Part shown: positions 9,207 to 17,672 of the stretch, piece by piece | Layout: each line of letters starts with the position of its first letter | Position numbering within the stretch: the first letter of the stretch is position 1 | Assembly (NCBI GenBank): GCA_043821645.1 | Contig: JBDRCO010000049.1 | Span: 12,751 to 76,750, forward strand | Source: Pseudomonadota bacterium | Lineage (GTDB): Bacteria > Myxococcota > JACRCW01 > JAFGSX01 | Direction of reading: 5' to 3' | DNA: 64,000 bases | The notes under the pieces: generated by a model | Seen by the model: only the letters and a program-made list of their open reading frames with translations | Told to the model about the DNA's origin: nothing | Databases searched by the model: none | Translations under genes and position numbers: made by a program

Positions 9207-12200
9207 CACAGCTCGAAGATCCGCATCGTGAGCTTGAGATCCCACGTGCTGTAGACGTTGGCAGCCATGGATAGATTGGTGGCGCTGGCTTCGAAAGCCA
9301 CGCTATTCGCGATGGGAAGGTTGTCGGAGAGGAGCAGCCGGCCTCGCACTGCGTGACGCAGCGTTCCCGCGGCGATCGTGCCGTCACTGGCGCCCGGGTC
9401 CTCGATGTCGAAGAAGGAGACGCTGGTCTCGCCCTCGAACTGCAGGCGCCGGTCCACGTCCCAGCGCAGCCCTGTCCTCGCTCCGGTCGCGCCGGTCTCC
9501 AGGACCAGATCCACCGTGCGGTCGTCGTCGCCACCCACCAGCTGCTGCAGTGTCCCCTCGACCTGGCGCTCCACGTCTCCCAGCAGTTCCCTCGACACCA
9601 GGCGCACCGCCGCGTCGCGGCTCGTCTCGTTGAGAAGGGCTCCTAGCGAACGGCCCGTCGCCAGCAGACTCAGCAACTCGGCGCGGGAGAGGCGCTCGCC
9701 GGACTCGTCGGATCGGATGTCCATCTGCATGCGCTCGAGATCGCCCTCCAGACTCAGTTCCACCGGGAGTTCGGCGCCCGTCGGACTCTGGGCGGGTTCG
9801 ATGACCGCACTGGCACGCAACTCGACCCGTGGCACCAGGCGGCGGTCTGGCCGCGGCGGGAAATCCACGGTGGCAGTCTCCACATCGAGGGTGCTGCTGA
9901 GGAGTGACACGGTTCCCTCGGTCACGTCCACAACACCGGTCAGGCTGGGGTCGCGCAGCGTGCCCCCCAGACGCAGATCGCTGCTTCCGTTGACGTCGAT
10001 GATCAGACTCCCCATGTCCGCGTGGGCCCGCAGGTCCGTGCCAGTGATCTGCAAGTCCAGCGTCATCGCCGCGAGCTGGGGCAGGCGCTGCGCCAGCGGG
10101 GTGCCCTCGTCGGCTGTCGACGCTGTGGCAATGAAGTTGCTCAGGCGATAGCGCTCGCGAAAGCGCCCCTCGACGACCTCCACCGAACCCCGCAGGGCCG
10201 GTGCTGAGGCGTCTCCGATCAGCGAGAGGTCGGCGTTGATCTCGCCGCGAATGCGCTCCAGCCGCAGCATCACATTCTCGGCGCGTCCTTGCAGGTCGTA
10301 GTGTGTGATCGCGCCGTGGTCCAGGCGTACACGGCCGTCGAGCACGGCTTCACCCCCGAGCCCGCGCATGGCGATGGCGTCGGCGCGGATCTCCTCATCC
10401 GCAAAGCGCAGCTCGCCACCGCTGAACTCGATGGGTTTGCCCAGCGCGCGCGGTGTGATGGTGGCGCCGGGCTGCGGCCTGAGATGACCCCGGATCAGCA
10501 TCTGCTCGGCACTGCCGCCCAGAGTGAGCGCCGCACTGCACTGGCCGTCCGCCGAGGTGACCTCCGTGGTCAGCAGCTTGAGCACGACCAGAGCCAGATT
10601 GCCCTCCAGCTGCAGGTCGATCGCTTCGGGGGCGTAGCTGCCGGCGATCCTGAAGCGCGAGCCGCCGCTCTCCATGTGGGTTTCCGGAAGGCTCACGCGG
10701 GAGCCCTCGATTTGCACCACGGTGGGAGCGACCAACACGATGGGTCGTGCCGGGGGAAGCACGATCTGGGCAGTCGCGAGACGGGCGTCGAGCTCCAGCT
10801 TGTCCTGGCGACCACCGTCGTAACGCACCTGCACCGTACCGTCGAGCAGCCCGCTGCCGCCGCGCTCGCGCAGGGAGGCCACGAAGGGTTCGGGAGCGAA
10901 GGCCTTGAGATGCAGCAGCGAATCTCCCCGCAGCGACGGGCCAGCCCAGGACAGGCGGCCCTCGCCCTCGAGCTGGTTCAGGGCTTGAAGCGAAAAGTGT
11001 AGCTCCTGTCCTGCCAGGTCCGCCGAAAGCAGCGCGCCCCCACGGGCCTTGCCGTCGACGAGCACACGCCGCGCCCGCACCTGCGCCACGCCTTGCAGAC
11101 GATCGAGCGGGCCCGAGATCTCGACATCAGCATCGAGGGGGCCATCCAGGCCGCGTCCTCCCTCGACACGCGCCAGGGCCAGGGTCAGGGGGACTTCGCG
11201 GGCCCACGCCTGTCCCTGCATCGACTTCGCTGCCAGATCTACTCGTGTCTGGACGCGCACGCCCTGGGTGCGCTTGTCCGGCGCCCGTGGCCTGCAGGGC
11301 TGCAGCGATCTCTCCGGTCCCAGTGCGTTGACCTCGACCATGAGGGTGTTCTCACGCAGGCAGAGCACCGCATCCGCAGGCCCGGTCGAGCGATCGGCGT
11401 AGCGCAGGTCGTCGACACGCAGCCTTCCGAACACGAGGGGCCTGTCGCGGACCCCGGACAGGCTCGCCTCACCCTGAAGGGTTCCCCCAAGGCCTTGGGC
11501 GCGAAGATACGGGAGCTGCTCGACCGGCATGGGCCCAATTTCCAGGGCACCGTCCAGCGCGCCGCCGTCGAGGTCAAGCAGGACGTGGCCGCTGACCCAG
11601 GGCTGCACGGTGTTGGTATCGTCGGGCCACAAGCGCAGTCCCTGCACGCGAACCGACCGGCCTGCCAGCTCGCCGTCGAGGAGCGCGCGGTAGGGTCCGC
11701 CTCCAGACCAGCGCAGGTCTCGCCCCACCGCCGTCCACGTGACCATGGGTGCGTCGAGCGATCCTCCCAGCACGGCTGCTAGGTCTGCACGGCCCTGCAG
11801 GCCCTGAACGTCGGGTGCCAGGGACTGCAACTTCGCGGACGCGAGCTGTGCACTTCCGGACAGGGTGCGCTCGCCGGTGAGGCCGATGTCCGCCTGCCCC
11901 TCGAGAACACCATCGGCCAGGTTGCCGCGCACTTCTTCCAGGTGCAGCGCCGTGCCGTCGAGATCGAGCAGCGCCTGGACCTCTGTCACGGCCACACCAC
12001 TCCACTCGCCACGGGTCAAAGTCGTGGTTCCGCGCAGCACCACATGCTTGAACGAGCCCGTGGCCCGGCCCGCGAGCATGAGTCCCTCGACGGACAGGCC
12101 CGCTACTGGCTGGCGCAGTAGAGCCTCGGCCCGAGGAGACTTGACCACCAGCTCCAGGTTGAGTTCCTTCTCAGTCAGGAACACCTTGCCACTGCTCTTG

Positions 12201-13531
12201 ACGTCCACGATCGGACCTCGAAGCCGGGCGTCATCCAGCACCAGCCTCGTTTTCTCGAGTCGTCCCTTTGCCCGCAGCTCGTGAGGAGTGCGAACCAGCA
12301 CCGCACCAGATTCGAAGCGGCGCAGGGTGCCGCGCAGATCGAGATCCAGAGCTTGCGTGTCGCCCAGAGGACCGCTGGCGCGCAGGGTGCCGTCGACCAC
12401 CCCGCTCAGCGACGCCACCCGGGACAGCTCGGCGAGCGAGCTGCCGCCCAGCTCGATCTGGGCGTCCAGCACCAGCCCCTTGAAGCGCAGCGACGCCGAG
12501 CCCGAGGTGTTGCCCCCTGCGATTCGCGCCTTGAGGTCGCTGCTGCGCAAGCCCTTGACGTCGACGCGCACGGTGCCCCGTGCCTGGCGGATCGGGGTCC
12601 CCACCACCTCGAGGTCGACGGGTTGGATCGCGAGGTCCAGCTCCGGTTTCTCGAGGACGCCTTGCATGCGCAGAGCCGCCTTCACTGCACCGGCCTTGAG
12701 GTCGGGTCGGTCCAGACCCTCGGGCCAGTAACCCGCGGGGACCTGCAGGTCGCCTCGCAGGTCGTAGGCGCCCTTGCCGTCCCACGCGATGCTCCCCTGC
12801 ACCCGGTTCGGCAGGCCCTGAACCGCGAAATCCAGGCGCGGCGTGCTCAGCCCCTTCTCGCTGACGCTCAGCGATGGCAGACGCAGGTCTTCACCGGTCA
12901 GCTTGAGCTCGCCCAGCTGCACCACCAGCCGGCGCGCGCTGGCAGAGGTTTCGATGCGCAGCTTGCCGTCACCCAGGTGGAGCTCGCCATTCATGCCCAG
13001 GCTGGCCGCAGCAATGGCGAGATCGTCCTTTCTGAACAGCACACTGGCGTCACTGGTGGACAGCCCTTCGAGAATCACGGTCAGGGGCGAATCGTCGCCA
13101 GGAGCGGCCTTGGTCTTGAAAGCGCGGGCGATGTTGAGGCCCTTCTTGTCGACGACGAGCGAGAGTTTGAGTCCTGCCACAGGTGCGCGCACCACGCGCA
13201 GAGTGCGGCTGGCCAGCGCGCCCACATCGACCATGGCCTCCAGGCGCTCGGCCGTGGCAACGCGCTTGCCCTCGGGGTCGAGGATGGACAGGCCCTCGGC
13301 CACAATAGTGTCAGGTACCCTCCAGCTAAGTTTCTGCACGCGCAGGCTGCCCGCGATGCGGCGGTTGATCTCGGACAGGATCAGCGGAGGCAGGCGCTCG
13401 CCCGGCGACCAGCCCGCGCCCCGAAGGTCGTGGCGTGGCCACAGCAGCGCGAGCAGCACGGACAGCGCGAGAAGTCGTGGCAGGCGATGACGCACGACAC
13501 GCGTTGTACCACGACGTCGAGGGCGAACCAA
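9206..13531 (-). CDS. TamB/AsmA-like translocation-assembly module protein
   Basis: 1441 aa beta-rich repeats with an N-terminal anchor and DUF490-like C-terminus (LRLGGTLRDPSLTGVVDVTEG); directly upstream of the Omp85 gene. Confidence 0.85.
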   Translation of the reverse strand: MVRPRRRGTTRVVRHRLPRLLALSVLLALLWPRHDLRGAGWSPGERLPPLILSEINRRIAGSLRVQKLSWRVPDTIVAEGLSILDPEGKRVATAERLEAMVDVGALASRTLRVVRAPVAGLKLSLVVDKKGLNIARAFKTKAAPGDDSPLTVILEGLSTSDASVLFRKDDLAIAAASLGMNGELHLGDGKLRIETSASARRLVVQLGELKLTGEDLRLPSLSVSEKGLSTPRLDFAVQGLPNRVQGSIAWDGKGAYDLRGDLQVPAGYWPEGLDRPDLKAGAVKAALRMQGVLEKPELDLAIQPVDLEVVGTPIRQARGTVRVDVKGLRSSDLKARIAGGNTSGSASLRFKGLVLDAQIELGGSSLAELSRVASLSGVVDGTLRASGPLGDTQALDLDLRGTLRRFESGAVLVRTPHELRAKGRLEKTRLVLDDARLRGPIVDVKSSGKVFLTEKELNLELVVKSPRAEALLRQPVAGLSVEGLMLAGRATGSFKHVVLRGTTTLTRGEWSGVAVTEVQALLDLDGTALHLEEVRGNLADGVLEGQADIGLTGERTLSGSAQLASAKLQSLAPDVQGLQGRADLAAVLGGSLDAPMVTWTAVGRDLRWSGGGPYRALLDGELAGRSVRVQGLRLWPDDTNTVQPWVSGHVLLDLDGGALDGALEIGPMPVEQLPYLRAQGLGGTLQGEASLSGVRDRPLVFGRLRVDDLRYADRSTGPADAVLCLRENTLMVEVNALGPERSLQPCRPRAPDKRTQGVRVQTRVDLAAKSMQGQAWAREVPLTLALARVEGGRGLDGPLDADVEISGPLDRLQGVAQVRARRVLVDGKARGGALLSADLAGQELHFSLQALNQLEGEGRLSWAGPSLRGDSLLHLKAFAPEPFVASLRERGGSGLLDGTVQVRYDGGRQDKLELDARLATAQIVLPPARPIVLVAPTVVQIEGSRVSLPETHMESGGSRFRIAGSYAPEAIDLQLEGNLALVVLKLLTTEVTSADGQCSAALTLGGSAEQMLIRGHLRPQPGATITPRALGKPIEFSGGELRFADEEIRADAIAMRGLGGEAVLDGRVRLDHGAITHYDLQGRAENVMLRLERIRGEINADLSLIGDASAPALRGSVEVVEGRFRERYRLSNFIATASTADEGTPLAQRLPQLAAMTLDLQITGTDLRAHADMGSLIIDVNGSSDLRLGGTLRDPSLTGVVDVTEGTVSLLSSTLDVETATVDFPPRPDRRLVPRVELRASAVIEPAQSPTGAELPVELSLEGDLERMQMDIRSDESGERLSRAELLSLLATGRSLGALLNETSRDAAVRLVSRELLGDVERQVEGTLQQLVGGDDDRTVDLVLETGATGARTGLRWDVDRRLQFEGETSVSFFDIEDPGASDGTIAAGTLRHAVRGRLLLSDNLPIANSVAFEASATNLSMAANVYSTWDLKLTMRIFEL

Positions 13532-13660
13532 CGCGGTGCGCGATTCGAGGTGCCCGCGTGTTTACCCGTCGTGGTGAGGCGAGTCCATTTTGGATGCCAG
13601 GCCTTTGAGCTCGGCGAAGGCTGAACCATAGCGCCGGCCCGCCCGCAGCAGGGTGCTCGG

Positions 13661-14110
13661 TTAGAAGGTGCCACGCCACAGGATGCCGCCCCGCGCCCTG
13701 CCGAGCACACCGCTGCGGATCATGGAGTAGCTCGTGTGCAGCACGACCAGTGGGTAGAAGACCAGATTTCCTGACGAACGGAGATTGAGGCGATTGGAGG
13801 TGAGTTGCGTGGTCGTGGCAACGGTCAGGGCGAGCACGCCAGCGGCCAGGCTCCACGGTGTGCGCGCCAGGGCCAGGATGAAAAATGCAGACAGCTCCAC
13901 CAGGGTGACGGCAAGGCCCATACCCAGCAGGCGCAGCAAGCTGAAGTTGCCAATGGCCGTGAAAGATGCGCGCTCGGCACTGATCAATGCGTCGCGGATG
14001 CTCGCGTGGAACACCAGGTCGACGAGGGCCTGGCCTTGCACCACCGACTGCCGCGCTCCACTGGCCTTGAGCATCTCGCCCAGGGTGAGGTCGTCTGCAA
14101 CCTCCCGGGT
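13661..14110 (-). pseudogene. C-terminal fragment of a membrane family-2 glycosyltransferase
   Basis: EVADDLTLGEMLKASG, TM helices and terminal GGILWRG are typical of GT2 C-halves; the N-terminal nucleotide-sugar-binding domain is absent. Confidence 0.65.
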
Positions 14111-14114
14111 CTGC

Positions 14115-15047
14115 TCAAGATCGTTCTGCTGTGCGCCGGGCTTGCGCCAGGCTGCGTCGACGTAGCAAGGGAAACAGCTTCGAGACCAGGGCGACTGCGA
14201 GGAAGCCGCCGGCAAGCCAGAGCCCTGTCAGGGTGCCTCCCTGGATTCCCGGTTCGAGCAAGGCCACCGTCGGATCATCCGGGTTGTAGCGCACCTGGAC
14301 CCTGCGGCCGGCCGGATAGCGCTGCACGGCCCCGGCCGCGGTGGCGTCGTCGTACTGAGTCTCGGCGACGCGCTCCCCTCGGTACTCCTGGTGCTGCGCG
14401 CTGTAAGTGTAGATGACTTCGGGCCAGTACACCTCGGTTCGCTGCGTTCCACCGCTTCGCGACCTATCGGCGCTGAAACTCCCTCCACCTGTGCGCGAAC
14501 TGCTCGATTCGTGTCGTACCCTCGACGACAGGATCTGGCCCTGGGCAGTGGGCCAGGTGAGAGACCGCGAGGCCCGGATCAGATCGAGTACCCCTCCGAC
14601 GCCGAACCAGAGTATGAAGGGGAGCAGGATGCCGACGAGAAACCAGCGTTCAAAAAATGTACCCCCGGGGCGCGCGCCCGCCAGGGCCGCGACCGCTTCC
14701 TCCACCCTGCCCCGGTCGAGGCAGGATTGTAGCCGTGCAAAGAGCACGCGCGAGGTGTCGCTGTCCCGGAGTGCATGCTCCACCTGGGCCAGAGCGTGCG
14801 TGCGGGCCTCGAGATAGGTCCGTACGGTCAGCACCAGGGGGTCATCGGCCCGCTCCATGAGCAGGTCGAGCGCCTCCTGCACCTCACCCCCGGTCAGGAT
14901 TGAGTGGAGCCGGTTGAGCAGTCGTCGCTGCTTCTCGTCGTCGAGATCCAGTCTGCCCTTGAACGCAGCCAGCGCCGCCGAGAATTCCGCCAGCCCCGAG
15001 AGGGCTCGCAGCTCGTCGGCAAGATGCTCCTGCTGGCTCTGCTTCAC
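14115..15047 (-). CDS. DUF3592-like membrane protein with helical N-terminal extension
   Basis: TM, then WPTAQGQILSS, YWPEVIYTYS and YPAGRRVQVRYNPDDPTVALL, then TM. Confidence 0.8.
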   Translation of the reverse strand: MKQSQQEHLADELRALSGLAEFSAALAAFKGRLDLDDEKQRRLLNRLHSILTGGEVQEALDLLMERADDPLVLTVRTYLEARTHALAQVEHALRDSDTSRVLFARLQSCLDRGRVEEAVAALAGARPGGTFFERWFLVGILLPFILWFGVGGVLDLIRASRSLTWPTAQGQILSSRVRHESSSSRTGGGSFSADRSRSGGTQRTEVYWPEVIYTYSAQHQEYRGERVAETQYDDATAAGAVQRYPAGRRVQVRYNPDDPTVALLEPGIQGGTLTGLWLAGGFLAVALVSKLFPLLRRRSLAQARRTAERS

Positions 15048-15198
15048 GACGGCGCCTCGAAGTCCGGGAGTTTAGCAGGGAGGCGTGCGAGGTCGACAGG
15101 AGTAAGGCCTGAGCCGCCAGGATCGGTCGCCACTTGTCGCGCCCCGGCGCTATAGTATGACGCAGGCCGGCAGAGAACACTGCCGCGAGGAGCTCCTC

Positions 15199-16380
15199 AT
15201 GAGCAACCGAATACGAACCCAGGACGCCCGCACCGCCCTGCGCACCATTCTCGACGAGAAGACCCGCGAGGTGGCGGGCAACAACACGCTGGTCTCGAAG
15301 ATAGAGGCCAAGAACCTGGATCCCTTTCTCAAACGCGCCGAGGAGGCGCTGCGAGTGGAGGGGGGCAAGGGCACTCGCGTCAGCGTCGACGCCCTGACCG
15401 AGCGCGCCATGGGCGATGCCATGGAGACCTGGAATGAGTTCAATCCGCCGGGTCAGGGTCTGGATAGCGCGCTCCTGGCCAAGGCCGAGCTGGCCGAGAT
15501 TCGTGCTCGGGATCCCGAGCTGGGCGCACTTACCGAGCTGGCCATGTTGCGCGCGGGCAAGCGCGGTCAGAGCGCCGCAGCCGTGGTGCACGACTACTTT
15601 GCCAGCTTCGACTTCGCCAACCTGAACCTGCACGATGAGAGCGTGCCCGGCGGCCAGCGCATCGACGCCCGACCTGGCTTGCCCGGGCGCAGCGGTGTCC
15701 CGCAGGAGGTCCTCCAGGTGTTCGACCGCTACTACCAGGCCGAGCAGGCGGACTGGGCTTCGGTCAGCCTGCACCGCGGCACCGTGGGCGGCCACGACGT
15801 GTATGCCATCTACATGTCCACCGACGGCGACGATGCCTACCTGGAGACCTTTGATCGCCAGGGCAGCGCCCTGTGCTCGGCCCGCCTGCAAGCCGGTGAG
15901 CTGATGTGGGACGAGTTCGTGGGCCGTGCCCGCCTGGCCGTGCCCATCCTCAACCTGAGCAACGCGGTTCGCACCGAGGGCTACTCCGAGCCCGCCGAGC
16001 GGGCGGCCGCGGGCCAGATCCCCGTGGACTGGGCTCCCGAGGTCCGGGTGGACGCCGCCACCATCCATCACAGGGGATCCCTGCTTGGCGCCATCGACCT
16101 CGACCCGTCGAAGCTCGACGAGGAGCAGCGCCAGGTTGCTTTCGCGGGCCTCGGTCTGGCCTGGGAGCGCGTGTTGCAGCACCGCCCCGACGGCGACGCG
16201 GACCTGCAGATCGGGCCCCGCACCCAGGGCGTGCTCGAGGTTGGGAGCTTTGACAATCCGGTGGATGGCCAGCACTACCTGGTGGCCAACTGGAAGGATA
16301 TCGACGACGGCAGCTCCACCTTTTACTTCCAGAAGACGGACCTCGGGCTCGAACTCAAGATCGACCAGTACAACAACTGA
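15199..16380 (+). CDS. hypothetical protein (no signal peptide)
   Basis: ATG behind GAGGAG; strong GC3 bias; 393 aa. Confidence 0.8.
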   Translation: MSNRIRTQDARTALRTILDEKTREVAGNNTLVSKIEAKNLDPFLKRAEEALRVEGGKGTRVSVDALTERAMGDAMETWNEFNPPGQGLDSALLAKAELAEIRARDPELGALTELAMLRAGKRGQSAAAVVHDYFASFDFANLNLHDESVPGGQRIDARPGLPGRSGVPQEVLQVFDRYYQAEQADWASVSLHRGTVGGHDVYAIYMSTDGDDAYLETFDRQGSALCSARLQAGELMWDEFVGRARLAVPILNLSNAVRTEGYSEPAERAAAGQIPVDWAPEVRVDAATIHHRGSLLGAIDLDPSKLDEEQRQVAFAGLGLAWERVLQHRPDGDADLQIGPRTQGVLEVGSFDNPVDGQHYLVANWKDIDDGSSTFYFQKTDLGLELKIDQYNN

Positions 16381-16569
16381 CAGCGCCACAACGTCCGGCT
16401 CGCGAGGGGCGGTGCTCTGGTGCACTGCGGACCCAGCGGCAGGCCGTGGGCGCGGCCCCGATGCACAAGTGCTCGGCGACGACGATGCCATCGTCCCCGG
16501 GCACCTGTCCCCGATACCTCCGAGGAGGTAGGCTCACGTCTCCCGCCAGAAAAATAGAGGACCCGCCCC

Positions 16570-17580
16570 ATGTCCGACTCAATCAACCTCGTGCTCGACA
16601 CACCTGTGATCCGCCTGGGCGAGGAACTCCGTGGCACGGTCCAGGTCAACGTCGACAGGAACTGCACGTGCAAGGCGCTGACCCTGGAGGCCAGGTGGCA
16701 GGTCCTGGGTCGTTCTCAATGCGCGGGCAAGGGCCCCTCCATCAAGTTGTTCGACGGCACATGGCGAGCAGGCGAGCAGGCTCGCTATCCCTTCGTGCTT
16801 CCGGCGCCTCAGGGACCCGTGAGTCAGGACGGCATTCACCTCAAGCTTGGATGGGAGCTGCGCGCGCGCGCGGACATCGCCCGGGCGCCCGACCTCGAGG
16901 TCGGGGAGATGTTCGTCCTGAAGCCTGCGCCCATCGCCAGCTACCATGCGGGGCCCACCTTCCGCCCACCCAAGCCACCGGGTGCGGGCATGGGTGGCTT
17001 GTTTCTGATCTGGGTGATCTTCCTGGTTCTCGGCGGAATCGTGGGCCTGCTCATGCAGGGTAGCGGCATGCGACAGGGTCTTCTGTGGGGGCTGGCTGGG
17101 GGGACAGTGCTCGCCGGGCTCGTCGGCAGGGACTACCTGACAAGCTGGCTGGCCTCGCGTCGGCTGGGAAGTCCGCGCATCCGCATCGATCCTGTGGTGG
17201 CGGCACCTGGCCAGGCATTGACCATCAGCCTCCAGCTGAAGCCATCGCGGCCGCTCAAGCTGAACAAGAAGCTCATCCGAGTGACCGCCGAGGAGAGCTG
17301 GGTCCATAACAAGGCGGGTTCTCACACGGGCAACGACTCAACCATCCAGCACCACACACTGGCGTCGTTCGAGCCCGTCGTGCAGGTCGACGAGGCGGCA
17401 CTGGCCCAGGGACGGCCCTGCACCCTGAGCGCGGTGGTGGACATCCCATCCGACGCGCCTTGCAGCTTCGGTGGCAATGGCATCAGCCTCAAGTGGCATT
17501 GCCTGGTGCACGTCGTCATCGAGGGCTGGCCCGACCTCGAGGAAAGTGTTCACCTGGCGGTCCTGCCAGGTCCGGTGTGA
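16570..17580 (+). CDS. membrane protein with two SpoOM/arrestin-like beta-sandwich domains
   Basis: GEELRGTVQV...YPFVLPAPQGP...WELRARAD, two TM helices, then a second similar domain (PSDAPCSF...LKWHCLVHV). Confidence 0.7.
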   Translation: MSDSINLVLDTPVIRLGEELRGTVQVNVDRNCTCKALTLEARWQVLGRSQCAGKGPSIKLFDGTWRAGEQARYPFVLPAPQGPVSQDGIHLKLGWELRARADIARAPDLEVGEMFVLKPAPIASYHAGPTFRPPKPPGAGMGGLFLIWVIFLVLGGIVGLLMQGSGMRQGLLWGLAGGTVLAGLVGRDYLTSWLASRRLGSPRIRIDPVVAAPGQALTISLQLKPSRPLKLNKKLIRVTAEESWVHNKAGSHTGNDSTIQHHTLASFEPVVQVDEAALAQGRPCTLSAVVDIPSDAPCSFGGNGISLKWHCLVHVVIEGWPDLEESVHLAVLPGPV

Positions 17581-17672
17581 GAGGGTGGTGGGTCCGCGTG
17601 GTCTCTGCGTCGTCTGGCGCGAGTTCCAGAGCTTTCGCGAGGTGGTACTGTGGCCCATCAGGGAGGCTTGAC

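Noticed and set aside
13380..13450. Odd TamB N-terminus; an alternative frame (ATP..SGRGLVA) looks more TamB-like
   Set aside because: Possibly compensating indel errors; cannot be resolved without reads and is not evidence of recoding
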